Assembly: GCF_033153115.1 (NCBI RefSeq)
Contig: NW_026889761.1
Location: forward strand, 11,470,001 to 11,534,000
Origin: Saccostrea echinata
Lineage: Eukaryota
Reading direction: 5' to 3'
DNA: 64,000 nucleotides
Part shown: positions 1-14,881 of the stretch, one piece after another
Position numbering within the stretch: the stretch's first letter is position 1
Layout: each line of letters opens with the position of its first letter
Program-made: the position numbers and the translations under genes
The notes under the pieces: generated by a model
What the model was told of the DNA's origin: nothing
The model's database searches: none
Seen by the model: only the letters and a program-made list of their open reading frames with translations

Positions 1-1020
1 CCTTCTAACCGTAACATCACACACGCCACGAAAGACTGTTCTATAATTCAAGTAATGTGAAACAATAATTCCTTTCTTTTAAATCCTTTTATGGATTAAG
101 TGAAATTGTGAACGTTCTGTAAAATTACATTTATAATTTATCGATTTTAGAGTGTAGGACATGAAAGATTAAACTATTGTGTGACATTTTATGATAACTC
201 GATGATTAATGTGGCTTTATGCATTTTTTCCAGTATATATTGGGGATGTTATATCCATTCATTTCTCTATAAAGCCACAGATGAACCTACAAAAGAATAG
301 TCTGGGTTTCTATCGTCAGCAATCTCCATAGGGATACTAATGTAGCGAAGCATTAAAGGAAGATTATAGAAAGACAATGAACTTTCATCCCATAGATATC
401 TCAATGTGAAACGCTTTACTTTATGCATACATACTTATTATTAATGCTTCAGTGCTGAGATTCCTGGAGATTTGCTAGAACTTTGTTAAACTTTAGACCT
501 CCACCCTGTGGTCTGTCGATTTTTCTTCAAATATCTTATTGTTGATTATTGATTTGTTATTTAATTTTACCAAAATCAAAATGAGAAAATATACAATGAC
601 ATATTTATGCTTCAATGAATTTATATGCATTTCAAAAATAATAATAATTTGAGACCGTCATATCTCCATCAAAAGTATGTATACAAATAAATCAGGGCTC
701 CTGTTCCATGAGGGACATCACATATGTTTCATGGGCTCACTAGTTGTTGGTGACTTATATCTTTACTTCACCTTAGTTTGAAGCATTTTCAACCATTTTC
801 TTACTCTTTCTCACACTACGTACAGCATCTTATACATTTCAATCAATTTATTCTTTTTCGATGACGTGAGAAGGTATTTCCAATTAATACTCAATTCTGA
901 GAAGTGTTACCCCGTTTGCTTTTTAAGGACATCGAATTATACTATTACATGTACATCCTCTAAAATATTAACTTACAGGTTTTAATGAATTGCTTATAAA
1001 AATCCTTACAAATAAAGATA

Positions 1021-1800
1021 CAAGACGGGTTCCAGTAAATGTTCTACCAAGCCACTTTCTTTACTCCTCACTTAAATATTAACAGCAGTGACGGGGAAAC
1101 TTCAGAAGTGCTGTACAACAATATATTTTTAGAAGTGTTATAAATCAGATGTGGAAACTTAAAAACTCAAAGGAACTTTTAGAAATTTTGAAATCACAAA
1201 ATTTTAACAAAATTAGTAACATCAAAACGTACAACTTTTCATCACTTCATACAACCATTAACCATGATAAATTAAATTTAAGCCCATGCTTTTTAACATC
1301 ATAGATCGGTGCAGACCTATTTTGTATCCATATGAAGCAGAATTTATTCAAAACCTTCTACAAGAAAAGAAGAAGTCTCTTCCTGTGGCCTTCAATTCGA
1401 CATTTAGATACATTTATATCGACGACATTTTATCCATAAAAATACTCATTTTCATTCTTATGTTGATTCGATGTATGCCTTTCAACTCGAAATAAAAGAT
1501 TCTACAGAGTCTGGCACGTTTGTTTCATATTTGGATATTTTAGAAAAAGACGTTAATGGTAACCTAACAAAACTTCATGATAAATGTGATGACTTCAATT
1601 TTTCTGTTGTCAACTTCCCTTATTTATGTAGCAATATACTATTATCACCTAGATATGGAGTGCGTCTTTCAGTTGATTCGATACGCAAGAGCATGTTCTA
1701 CGTACGAACAATCTCTAAAACGGGGCAAGCTATTGACAAACAAAGTGATGAAACAAGAATACAAACAATCTCGTTTAAAGTCGAATTTCGCAAATTCTAC
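1021..1800 (+). pseudogene. Degenerate Penelope-like reverse-transcriptase fragment (frameshifted, internally deleted)
   Basis: Motifs spread across frames: GSSKCSTK, KNSKELLE, YEAEFIQ, RYI-YIDDILSI, YLDI, DDFNFSVVNFPYLCSNI, QLIRYARACS. These are typical of mollusc Penelope-type RT remnants. Confidence 0.75.
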
Positions 1801-1952
1801 TGGGATCAAAAGTACCAATCAGATGCCCGCTAAGATTTCTCATACACATCGCAAAAGATTGTAATTTAATGATAAAGATTTTCTGCATCCTTACTTAATC
1901 CTGGGCCAGGGTTCCTGGAACTTTGGAAGAACAGTGTTAAAGTGTTTATTAA

Positions 1953-2084
1953 AAGAATAACTGTTTTTTTTTTTCTTTCTTTTTTTGGATGATGATGATG
2001 TGATAAACAGTCTGCTCACATGATAAATTGTGTGAACGCCAAACTGTTTGATCAAAATCATAAAACAAAAAAAGAGTTATTCTT
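1953..2084. repeat. Imperfect long palindrome (hairpin-type element end)
   Basis: Nested inverted matches AAGAATAACT/AGTTATTCTT, AAACAGT/ACTGTTT and TCACA/TGTGA. Confidence 0.55.
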
Positions 2085-3040
2085 CATATTTATATTTTAA
2101 CTGATCCTTGATTCAACAGGGAAAGAATGAAATATTTAAAGTAATATTATTCAATAATTAGACATCTAAGTCTGCAAGCCTCGTCCTATGTATTACTGAG
2201 CTACACACAGCGAGAAGGCTGTTCTTTCACGTGATGAACAAGGGTTTGTTTTCTGGAGAAATAAAGCTGTTTCTTTATTTGTAGTTTTATGTAGGACAAA
2301 GACATTTGAAAATGTAAAATTAATATTTATGTGCAAAATGATCGATCAACTCTTCCAGTGATAACTGTATTCGTCCATTGATCTATCATCTTTATTAAAA
2401 TCAATAAATCCATATGATTCCTTTCTTTCAATGGCTTTAAACAAGAAAGATTTAGATGTGAAACATGGTCCATTAAAATTTACGTCGTATTTGTCTGTCT
2501 TGTCATAGAAATTTAAGTAGAATAGAAGTCTTTTGCAAATGTATAGTAGTGTGCAATGGGTGAAACAATAAAATCCTGAAGAGATAGTGAAAAAATATAT
2601 ATTTCATCAAAAATGTGCAAAATAGTGAAATCACAAGACTCGATCTATAGGCTGATTTACCGGACCGCTGAAATGTGCATATTTTTAAAAAAGAAATTAC
2701 ATCGTCGACTTCACAGTTTTTGTCTGTCACTGACGTCAGTACATTCTATGGGGATTTCGGGCTGTAACTAATTGCACATTGAAAAGGTAATAAATCTAAA
2801 ATTAATAGTTTGTGTCAGACAACATTTTTTAAAAAGAGAATTTAAGTTCAGTAAAATGTAGTCATTGAATTTTACTTATTTTTATTAACATTCTTTTCAA
2901 GGGTTTAAACTTAATATATTTGCAGCATATTGTGTCATGTTTTAAATTTTGAGTTACCCGGATGCAATGTTTTGGTCTGTGGTTGTAAAATAAATATGTG
3001 ATGGACTCTTGGACAGGGTGCTACTCATTTGGGGGTAAAG

Positions 3041-3277
3041 CATGGCCATAGGAACCGGGGGGGGGGGGCACGGGGGGGGCGTGCCCCCAATAATTTTGCC
3101 GATATATAGATTACTATAGAAAACATAGATACTATATGCTTGTGCCCCTCAATAAAAAAGTCTGATGACCTTTTTTTGGCTTGTCAAGAAATTCTTGGTA
3201 GTTGATAGTGCCCCCTCAACTGAAAATGTATGGCTGTGCCCCCCCCCTTCAAACTGAAATTGCTTCCTACGGGCCTG
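3041..3277. mobile_element. GC-rich MITE with 5-bp target-site duplication (TSD)
   Basis: Ends CATGGCCATAGGAA ... TTCCTACGGGCCTG, flanked on both sides by TAAAG. Confidence 0.65.
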
Positions 3278-3525
3278 TAAAGGAGGGGGAGGGGTAGGTC
3301 ACTCTATTTTGGGGGAGGGGTGGCTGCAAAGATGAAAGGAGAGTGATATATTCTGCATCAACAGTAACTAGTCACATTTATTTTACGTATAGTTTGTAGG
3401 GATATATGAATATACTATAGTCAAACACTGTCCTTTAATTTATTACATTTCTTTAAAGAATTTTAAAATGCATAAAACTGAAATAAGTGTATTTAGATTT
3501 TGTCTTTATGTGTTTACTCTGAACA

Positions 3526-4510
3526 GTAGGTGATGTTAGCTGTAGATCTGTAGCTCGCTGGTAGGTGATGTTAGCTGTAGATCTGTAGCTCGCTGGTAGG
3601 TGATGTTAGCTATAGATCTATAGTTCGCTGGTAGGTGATGTTAGCTGTAGATCTAAAGTTCGCTGGTAGGTGATGTTAGCTGTAGATCAGGTGATGTTAG
3701 CTGTAGATCTGTAGCTCATTGGTAGGTGATGTTAGCTGTAGATCTGTAGCTCGCTGGTAGGTGATGTTAGCTTGAGATCTGTAGCTCGCTGGTAGGTGAT
3801 GTTAGCTGTAGAGCTGTAGCTCGCTGTTAGGTGATCTATAGTTCGCTGTTAGGTGATGTTAGCTGTAGATCTGTAGCTCGCTGGTAGGTGATGTTAGCTG
3901 TAGATCTATAGCTCGCTGGTAGGTGATGTTAGCTGTAGAGCTGTAGCTCGCTGGTAGGTGATGTTAGCTGTAGATCAGGTGATGTTAGCTGTAGATCTGT
4001 AGCTCGTTGGTAGGTGATGTTAGCTGTAGATCTGTAGCTCGCTGGTAGGTGATGTTAGCTTGAGATCTGTAGCTCGCTGGTAGGTGATGTTAGCTGTAGA
4101 GCTGTAGCTCGCTGTTAGGTGATCTATAGTTCGCTGTTAGGTGATGTTAGCTGTAGATCTGTAGCTCGCTGGTAGGTGATGTTAGCTGTAGATCTATAGC
4201 TCGCTGGTAGGTGATGTTAGCTGTAGATCTGTAGCTCGCTGTTAGGTGATGTTAGCTGTAGATCTGTAGCTCGTTGGTAGGTGATGTTAGCTGTAGATCT
4301 GTAGCTCGCTGGTAGGGATATGTAGCTCGATGGTAGGTAATGTTAGCTGTAGATATGTAGCTCGCTGGTAGGTGATGTTAGCTGTAGATCTGTATCTCGC
4401 TGGTAGGTAATGTTAGCTGTAGATTTATAGTTCGCTGGTAGGTAATGTTAGCTGTAGATCTGTAGCTCGCTGGTAGGTGATGTTAGCTGTAGATCTGTAG
4501 CTAGCTGGTA
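3526..4510. repeat. 35-bp minisatellite with a 288-bp higher-order duplication
   Basis: Unit GGTAGGTGATGTTAGCTGTAGATCTGTAGCTCGCT. Variant units recur 288 bp apart (3688/3976 and 3771/4059). Confidence 0.95.
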
Positions 4511-4961
4511 TGAAAAAAAGGGGTTGACGACCAGAGAACTACAGTGCTACCATTTGAAAAAAAGTGTATACTATTTCCACAGCTAAACATTTCCCTTACC
4601 TGTTGTTAAATAGCCTTTCTCAGCCTGTAATTGAAACCATCGAATATACATTTTTTTCTATGGGTGCCATAGCTGTAGCTCGCTGGTCTGAAAAATATGG
4701 GATGGACGACCAGAGAGCTACAGTGCCACCCATTGCAAAAAGTGCGCCGTTTCTCGATTTATTTCTCCGTATATTTAAACTGCAATCTCAAAATATTACT
4801 AACCGTGTGTTCCTAAGATATTCTTTCACTATTTCTACATCAATACATTTCCTATAACTTGTTAATAGCTTTCCTGGGCTTGATATTAAGACCATCCAAA
4901 TTGGCCCAATATGCGCTTCGAGCAGATGTCAACTACAGGAGTAATGTAATTGATAGAAGTT

Positions 4962-4993
<32 letters not shown>

Positions 4994-6499
4994 GAAATCG
5001 AGCTTTTGCGCAGTTTGTATGTGAGGTAAGAATATGAAGAAATAAATCCAGAACCGAGAGCAACCTTTTGTGCGCAATAAATATACAGGTTTTTTTCTAT
5101 ATAGGTGACACGTACTGTAGGTCTCCGGTCTGTCAATATTTTTTTTCGGATAGCTACAGTTCTGCAGTTAGTGATAATGTGTTCACGAAAGGATGAGTGC
5201 ACTTAAGCTATGAGAGCTGGGTCCCGGTGTTTTGCGCAAAATAAAATTCCAAAGTTCATAAACTTATTGTTTTATAGGTATTAAACAATGTCTTAAGAGC
5301 AGGATTTGGTATATTATACTACATGAAAGTATTAAATAATGCCGAGCGACACTAGCTTTTGAGACGGGGGTCTAACAGTTTTGTCACATTTCTATTGCTA
5401 TTCATATGTATACCAGTTTTCAACGACATTGTTTACATCGAGCCGCAACTTGTCCATTGGTCTCATTTGCACAGAATGTGTATTTTGATTTAAACTTCAA
5501 CATATCCAAAGGACAATGTTGGACAAATTGCGGCTCATATCTAATTTTTTGAAAAAGTCTCCAAACTACGGTCGAATTAGCCACTAAATTAACAGTTCAC
5601 CGAGTGTCAACGATTGATATTATAATAACTTTACTCACGTGACATTCCACTGTTCGATACGCTAAGGCTTTCATTGAGCATTTCATTGTGTTTGTCATTG
5701 AAAGTTTCTATTGTGACAGTATCTGTCGTACTTCCAACTTCAAACTATGGAAGATTTTTGCGCAAATTTTAATAGGGTTTGAAGATTATATGTCTCTTAT
5801 TTTACTTTGTATTTTTCATTACGGGTGTTTTGAAAGAATTCTGGTATTGACAGTGTAATTAGTAAGTACATGTACAGGTTCATGTCGCCTCTGTATAATG
5901 GTCTGCAGGGCGAGACATCTTCCCCATCCCTAAACACAAGATTCATTTATTATTTGTGCACCATAAAACTACACAATCTCTCTCTTCTCCATTTAAATTC
6001 GCAGTGCGAAAAAAAATCATATACATTCCACATCCATGCGATTTAAATGACTCCACCTATTTGCGGATACCTTAAATTCGTAAGTGGTCCCGTTCAAATT
6101 TCCGGAATTAAAGGTTTGTATATGTTCTTTTCAATGACATTGTCTGTAATTATAGAAATATGTATGACAAAAAATTCAAGGAATAAATATCAAAAGAATA
6201 TGCTTGCACAATAATCATAGATTAATTAAGCGATATATTGTAATGTAAAGCTTAAAATGGGTAGCCGAAAAGGTTCCAAATGACGTACTAAAGTGCACTC
6301 ATTCTTTGTAAATTACAGATTCGTAAAGGAGTTTACGATTCCCGTAATAGCACTCATCTTAGCCCTGTTGTTTTTTCATCAGATTTTTATATTCCGTTGA
6401 AAAATTGTTACCCTGTAATATGCACACCCTACATGTAACTCTAAGGGGTTTCTGAATCCACACACCATGTGGAAGCTTTAATATCAATATGACTAACAT

Positions 6500-7593
6500 G
6501 GTATTGCAGTTATGGAGAGGATATTTCTTTTCTGTAAACATGCATTAGGTAAAATTTGATCCTGATTTTAGCCAACATTAACCCAGGGTCAATAATTTAA
6601 AAAAATGAATTCACACAACATGGGAATGTTTGGAAATTAATGGTTCCACTGTGAATCTTTAGAGGATTTTGTTTTAATTCTTATTTAGTTCCATGCGAAA
6701 CATTGATTCCCTGTTATAGTCCAAAGCTACCCCCGGGAGACATGAGTTGAACAGATTAGCACATACTCTACTTCGGAAGCCAATACATACGTTTCATCTT
6801 TTCTGGTCCAATTGTTCTTAAGTAGAAGATTTTTAAAGTTTTTTTCGTAGATATTTCAAAGTAAAAATTTGATCCCATATTGTGGCTCCAACCTAACCTC
6901 AGTGTCTATGAGTTGAAGAATTTAGAATCTACATTATGTTTAGAAGCCTCTTCGGAAGTTTCACCTTTTCTTGCACAGTGGTTCTTGAAAAGATTTTTAA
7001 AGTTATTTCTTATATATTTCAATTTTAAACTTTCATCCTCTTTTGTGACCCCACCTTACCCTTGGTGGTTATGATTTAAAGATTTTAAAATCTATATATA
7101 TACCCTTCCTCGGGAAGCTACTACACGCGTTTTACCTTTTCTGGTGCTGTGGTACTTGAGGAAAAGAGTTTTAAAGAATTTTCAAATATATTTCTTTGTA
7201 AAAAGTTCATCCCTATTGTGGTCCCACCCTACCCCCGGTTTTTTTTTTTTTATGAATTTTGAACAATTTAGAATTTACACTTCTTCCAGAAGCTTCCACA
7301 TAAGTTTCAGCTTTTTCTGGCCCAGTGGTTCTTGCAAAAATTTCTAATGACCCCACCCTATTTTTGCCTTTTCTTGATTATCTCCCCTTGGTAGCTGGTT
7401 TTGCCCTTCATTTGAACAATTTGGAATTCCGATCCTTAAGCTACGGATGCTTTATGCCAATTTTTAGTTAAAATTGGCCCAGTGGTTCTTGTGAAGAAGT
7501 TGAAAATATGAAAAGTTTATAGACGAACGGACTCCAGAAAAAGGCTAGGGTGATCAGAAAAGCTCACCTGAACTTTCAGCTCAGGTGAGCTAA
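6500..7593 (-). mobile_element. Degenerate Helentron-associated element (HINE/CvA-like) with decayed Cg170-type repeats
   Basis: The end TGATCAGAAAAGCTCACCTGAACTTTCAGCTCAGGTGAGCTAAAA is the near reverse complement of the start of the element at 14839. Internal degenerate satellite units. Left boundary approximate. Confidence 0.7.
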
Positions 7594-10500
7594 AAGGAAG
7601 TTTATGTACGTATTATTTTCTACAATCCGATGCAAAGAAAGGCCAAGTATATGTAGGTAGGACAGAGTACTGAAGCCTTTGGCTTACTAGAAGTGTTTTT
7701 TATTGGATCATCATGACGTGGTTTCTACGAGTGAACAACCTTTGCAGTCAACTGTAGGATGTTACTCGAGGAGGCGCTGTTTTTCTTCGAATAGCTGTCA
7801 ACTGTCATTTTTAGTATTAGCGAAAGTTCTTATCAAAGACGATTTATTATTTAATTGGGGGCTGCCGGATGCCAACGGTTTATAATCATTTGAAAACATT
7901 TGGTTTTTCTCAGAAGACTTGAAACTTCATTATCAAGACTGAAGGAAGGGGAATGGCGATAATCTATACTCGTTGTGTGAAAATCATTTTGGTTTATCTC
8001 CTTCAAGTGGATCCATGAATGAAATTAAGGAAATGAACTTCTAACGATTACCTAGCACTTCATTCACAAAATCACTTTGATTCGTTGGACGTTGTTTTAT
8101 ACAATAGATATAATTTAAGGTCGTGTGATCTACTGAAAAAGAAGCATAATCGGGCTCATAGCAACGTCTTTCAATGGAGAGGAGAGAAGGGCAGTAACAA
8201 AAAGAATTGACACTCCAGATAGCTTTCACAACCCCACCCCCTCCCCCCACCCCCAAAAATAGGTTGTTTAACAAAAACAAACAGAAAGTCATTAATCGTG
8301 GAAGGGGGTGGTTAAGACTAATTCTCGGTACAATAACATGATAGCTAGGGTTCAATCATAACAGTAAAAGTGGGGGGGGGGGGGTCAGAAGATCTAAGTT
8401 TGAAAAATTATCATGCAGACATTATCACAGGCAAAAAAACTTCCTCGTGAAAAAAGGGGGTGGAAAGGGGTCTTCCATGTCCTGCCTGATAATTAGTAAA
8501 TTGAAGTTAATGTTTTGACTTTATTCTGAGGTTTAAGTTACTCACATTTTTAGATGGCTATTTTAATCTCTGATTAGAAATATATGAAATTTGTTTGCTG
8601 TTTTGCTATAATTTACTTCTGGAAAATTGAAATAATTTAAAAATCTTCACAAATGTAACGTATAACAAGGATGATTCCATTTGCAAGATCTAAGCGGAAT
8701 TTTGCGTTCAAAGGATAATGACGATGAGTACCGGGGGTAATCATATGATCGAGAAGCAACCTTGAAGATTTGTACAAATATAGCAGAATTTGATATTATT
8801 AAACAAACGAAAAATACAATATTCGCTGTGTTATGGGAGGGGTATCTCATTTCTATCTAATATTTTATGCGATTACGGATATCCATGAATATGACACATA
8901 ATTATATACTTCTGTAACAAAGGCACTTGTATTGTATGAATCCCGTGTACAATTTTGAAATAGAGGTACTGTGAGCTGTGAGCTCACAAAATTATACCCA
9001 CCGCTCCCATATAAGTATGATGGCAATCTGCATTTCTTGGCAACGGATGTAAATCAGTGAGATTCTGTGAAAGTTCCATTGAATTTTATTCAGGGGTGAG
9101 TTTCGTTATTAGAAATGTGTACCTCCTTCATCAAGTATAATGGCAAAGTCTGTTTTCATTGTTTTGTTGTGGGAAATCATGAATATCTGTCAGATCAAAA
9201 CGTAAAATAAAAGGTGCAGAATGGCATTATGTAATAAAGATTCCGTAAAAGTCATTTTATTTAGTGGTATAGGAGGAGTTGTGGATGAGAGATGGGTACA
9301 ATTTAAAAAAAAAAACACATGGACATGCCAAATAAAAAGACAAAGTGCCGGGGAGTGATATTCCAACTTCTTTTCCACAACCAAATTGTATTAATTGAAT
9401 TAATTAATACATAGCCCTATTACCCTGATTTGACTATGTATTGCAACAAACAAAAAGTGTCGGTGTGTGTGTGTGTGTGGGGGGGGGGGGGGGACAAGCC
9501 TTTCAGTGAAATTTTCAAAAGAAAGAGTTGTGTTTGGAAAAAAAGGGGGAAGTCCTACGCAGCTCTGTTAAGGCTGCATAAAGGGGGCGGGGCCTAATTT
9601 ATACGGGAAATGCTTCCTGTGACATCACACAAATATAGCAATTCCTAACAACAACAGAAAATGAAATAATTTGCGTTTTTAAACTGCATAAGTGTGATGA
9701 ACTACATCAAAACTTACCACTGCATTCATTTCTGTCGCTAGTTAAATCCCACACAGAAAGATATAATCAAGTCACTGATCGCAATGCACTTGTCGACATG
9801 ACGTCATCATGATAAAATTTGACGCATTTTATGTGCAGTGAGAGGCGGATCAAGTAATTTTTCCACAGTGAAAAACACATTTTATTATTAAACAGAATAT
9901 TACTTGCAAATCTTAGGCAGACCATTAATATAAATCTGAAACCTTTGTTCAGTACCATTATATAAAAACTATCGAGAGAATGTATTGAATTAATTCTACC
10001 ACGTTTTTGTGCACAGGGTGTGCATGTTTCACGCCGAGGTGTCTCATTAAATCGCCTTTTCGTAAGGGCATACACTAAATAGATCTTGACTATTTTTTTG
10101 AATATGCATAACGGAAACATTCCTTAACTTGAAAAGTGCTGCTGCTTTCCTGAAATCGAGAGCATTACTAAATAAATAAATAAAATACATGGTAAAGGTA
10201 ACACATATTTCGACTAGAGCCAAGTAAATTGAAATTTAAACTAATAAAATGCGAATTCTATTTAAAGCAGCAGCACTTTTCATAAACTACAAGTTATATA
10301 GATACTATTTATTACTGAAATTTTTAATTCTAACTAGGGTATGCCCTTGCGATATTGAAATTTGTTTATGACCTACATACTGTACACATTACATGCATTT
10401 ATCACGTGACTGTCAAATAACGTGACCAAACCAAATTCCGTACATAGTGGGGTATACAATGTTATTTCAGTTAAAATTAAAGTCATGTGATAATATAGCA

Positions 10501-10934
10501 GATTTACAAAAATAAATTCAGTTTAAAAATGTGTGTATTTAGGCACGTTTATATTCCGTTGATTTCTTCGTAGTACGCCTTAACAGTCCTGCGTACCTGC
10601 CCCCCCCCCCCCCCCCGGTGCTATGTGCCTGGAATACAATTTAATTGCTTTCAAACAAGATTACTTTATTCGGTAAATATTTGGGTTAATGTTTCTTTTT
10701 ATTATTTAGTATGGCCTATCCTGACCCTCGTTGATTTTCATATGATTTTCTCCCCCACCCCCACCCCCACCCCCTTACGATTATATAAGCAATTTTAAAA
10801 AATTAATCAGAGAATTGTGCTTAAAGATAAAAATCATTGAATCCTCGCGAACGAAATAATGTCCCCAGCATTCTACCATAGTTGATATTTCGGAACTATT
10901 TGCTCCTCCTGTTTCTTTTTACCAGTTAGAACAA

Positions 10935-10980
10935 CCGGAAGTCAATCTATTTTGCACAAGGACTGAAGGAGGAGCACGTG
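10935..10980 (+). promoter_or_regulatory. Putative WDR3 promoter motifs: ETS/GABP site and Myc-type E-box
   Basis: CCGGAAGT at 10935-10942 and CACGTG at 10975-10980, 40-90 bp upstream of the ATG. These motifs are common in ribosome-biogenesis gene promoters. Confidence 0.5.
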
Positions 10981-11021
10981 TGGACAGATAAAAGCGAAAT
11001 ATCTTCCCCTATGATTGCCAG

Positions 11022-14000
11022 ATGGGTGTAACAAAGCAATACCTACGTTATGTACCCGGACCAGTGCTGGGACTTATTGGCGGACAGAAATCTAATGTCG
11101 TTTTCTTGGACATCAAAGGCGTGAAGGGGAAGTACTGTGCAGTCGGAGCTTGTGAAAATGTTTTGGTTTGGGATCTCAGAACTGGAGAAAAGGTATCAAA
11201 CTTAATAAGCTACAGTAGAGACCTACATTATATACATAGGTGGAATTTAGGTTTGTGGTTGCAGAGATGATTGTCTTTTACTTATAGTAGTATTAGGGGG
11301 GTGCGTTCAGATGACTCTTGCATGTCGGGCATTTGCTTTGGTAAAATCTTTATCTTATCTGCATATTTTAATCTTTGTATACCCGGTGACGTTGAATGTC
11401 ACACATATGAAATACTGCTACTTCTAGGGATGTATCAGGGTTGTTTTTAAGGCGCTGATATGTTCACGGTGGGACCATTGGGGCGAGCACAGTTGTTCAC
11501 TTAACAGGTTGGGCACACCCCACCAAATGGTCATTTATCCCCTGTTTGGTGGACAATCTCCCATATCGGAGACGAATTTTACTGACCATTTGGGAGAGAA
11601 AAATGGTTGTGTTCAATTCCATAGAATGGCGTGGAATGGCGCATAATTTAAACCATGTGGAATAAAATATAGATATTTATCGGTGTTTTGAGTGAAAAAA
11701 ATCGGAAATTCAACTATTTTTTGCACAGAGTCGTTAAAAAATTTGACAAAAAATGTCACGTTTGTAAACAAGTGCAACGTTTCTCCGTTTTTACTTAAAA
11801 AGAAAATTTCCTCCTTCAACGATGCTGCACCTGTCAATCATGTTCTTTACTTTCTATTTTGATTATCTGGGCAACCAATCAAATAATGCAAACCAATAAA
11901 AACGATGATCTTTTTTTAACCTGGTCAAAAGTTGGATTTTACTACGGAGGCACATTAGTGTCAATTTTCAATTAGAAAATCAAAAGAAAAATAAGTTTTC
12001 GCCTTTATTTCATTTTATTTTGTATGCAATAGCTTTGTTCTCTATAAAAATAGTAAATGAAGTTAGATTATGATATAATTATTGTTTTAAAACGATGTAC
12101 TTCGAACGAATACAAGAATAATTGCAAAAGTCACTTTGTAAATCTTTTATTGAAAATTATTTATCAAGTATATTAAATTCATCAGTAATATACATATTAT
12201 ACCATAAAAAGGTCGTATGGAATATGCAACTTCATCCTAAATGAAAAATAACAACAGATATTATGTTCAAGTATAGAAAAATTTAACTTTATAGCAGTAA
12301 GTGCCCACCATACCAGTAAAGTAAGGAGGAGCTCGTGTTTAACAGGATTTTATGGAAATAAATATTGACGAAGATCCAAAAAGCGATTGAAACTTAACTT
12401 ATCACAGGGTTCTCACTAGGATTTTGCCAACTTGAGTCCCAGGACTCAAGATTTCTGAGAAGGTTGCGTCCCAGCTAAATTTGATGCGTCCCAGAATAAT
12501 TATGTTGAGTCCCAACTAAATTATTGCAGTATCCTTCCATCCAAACATCAATAAAAATCTTTATCATTTTATCAGTTTGTTTACGCAATATTAACATATT
12601 CAAGTATATAAACCATGTAAACTGGTAATACATTCTAAAATACACGCGTAATCAGTTGCCATAAAAATTAACTTGGTGTTTATAAAGCTAAAATTAACTG
12701 TTGCATAATCAACTAGTACCCGAAAGTTGACTGTATACAATCACAGGTGTCATGTGCAATGAGGCGTAACTAATCCTGTCGGTAGTCTGCACTGGGTGAA
12801 ATTCACAAGATAATCAAGCCGCATTGTGTATACAAGCAGTAATTATGGTTTCTACATGTAGACACTCAAGATTCAAAAGTGTTTTTTTTTTTAAAAAAAG
12901 AAGAAGCTGCAGTGTGTTTACAGCTGTCGGACTTTGACTAGATAGAACGTTCTTTCGTTAAAATGATAATTGTCCTACGGACCCGGTTTAAAAAAAAAAA
13001 AGAGAAATAAGTACAAGAAAAGTTATTTCTTGGATGAACTTTATGATAGTTACAGGAAGGTTTCGATTAAATATTTCTTTGACAAATCCTAACATCTAAA
13101 TTCCCCGTTTTTGAAATTACCCGAATTTTCTCGCTAACGAGGACGCGTCCGATCATGAGTCCGCGGACGCATCGATTTTAAGAACCTTGCGTCCCAAGTA
13201 ATTTTGCTGCGTCTAGGATGCAGATTCTTGCGTTAATGAGAACCCTGTTATCAAGAGTTCAACCACTGGATAAAATAGAATTTTTATCCTACTAGACACA
13301 ATCAAATTTTTTTTGATCAAGTGATCAAGAAGTTCGGCTGTTACGGATAACTATGGGTATCGTTTTTAGGAAGTTACGGAGAAATTGCACATGGGAAATC
13401 GACCGAACTATGTTAATTGTGCGACGAATATGTTCACTAAAATTCCCCAATGCCTAAGTAAATGCGCTTTTGCTTTATTTTAATAAAATTTGGAATAGAA
13501 TAAAGAAGTCCACCATTTGGTCAGCAAAATTCATCTCTGATATGGGAGATTGTCCACCAAATGGGGGATAAATGACCATTTGGTGGGGTGTGCCCAACCT
13601 GCTTAATATTAAGATCCGCCTCTTCAAACCTCTTCAAACTGTATGAGACATTTGGGATGTCTAGACTGTGACGTCACATGACATCGTATGTTAGCTGCAT
13701 TTCCATCAAAGTAGTTTAAAAAGTGCAAAAATTTTAACAAAAAACATTTAATTTACTATATCCATATGCAATATCCATAAAATTAAATTGAGTTTCTTTT
13801 TTGTGAATTTTTAGTTGTTGTTACCGTGAGAATGTAGTTTATAGTTTGTGGCGAGATGCAATAAGGCCAAACAAAAAAATATGTGTGGTTCCGGTTATCA
13901 GACCGTCCCTATTTTATACCCCCGACCCTAAACTTTTTTTTTGGCAATTTTCAGATTTTTTTCAGAATTTTCCCCGATTTCCATCAATAGCTCCAGTTTA

Positions 14001-14833
14001 AGTTTTAGTTTCAGCAATGACGGCCTCCTTGCAAAACATAGTGCAAGTGTTTAATAGTGTTAAATTCAAAGCAAGCTAGCATGTAGCATGAACCAGTCCC
14101 CTACCAGTATTGACTAGTATATTATCACACCACATCTAAATCCACTTGCAAAGCAGTGATAGGTTTTATTTAGAAAAATTAAAAAAATCATTTTGTTAAA
14201 AAAAAAAATCCCTACCTACCCTAATTTTTTTGGAGGTGTAACCGGAACCACACATATTTTTTGTTTGGATTGCAATGGGTCCAGAGGTTACTGTGGAGAA
14301 CAATTTGTTTGGATGAATGTGCACAGTACAAATTTTCTCTTTGCCCGGGAATTGTTAGAGCTCGCGGGCGAGCGGCGCTTTGCGCCACTTGCTGCGCTCG
14401 CTATTAATGATAGATTAATAGTGTTCAAGAAAGTTTGTCACTGACTTCCATTTAGCTCATTTGGTAAAGCATCTCTAGAGTTTGGAGGTCTTGTTTTCAA
14501 ATCCTGGCCTTATCTGTCATTATTTTTTTTCTTCCTTGTATGCACACCACATTATTTTTCTTTCAAGATTGATCTCATTTCTTGTAATTTAATTAACAAA
14601 AGACTCTTTGGACCTTTATCTACATGTAATTAACAGATAATACTCAGAATTAGATATCAAATGCCATACCCTGTAAGTGATCTTAATCAGAAAAGATTTT
14701 CATTTAATCTTTTTTATGGCATCACGCAGCCTGGGTGTGTCTAATTTATTCCAGAATGAGCTGAATCAATGTCAACCACAGTAAACTGTGGATTTTTTTT
14801 TGCTGTGTCACAGAACACTGCATTTTTATTTAA

Positions 14834-14881
<48 letters not shown>

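Noticed and set aside
3526-4510. CRISPR-like array
   Set aside because: Contiguous tandem units with no unique spacers, in eukaryotic DNA.
14193-14444. ORF similar to the one at 29086-29277
   Set aside because: Both are translations of the same non-coding MITE.
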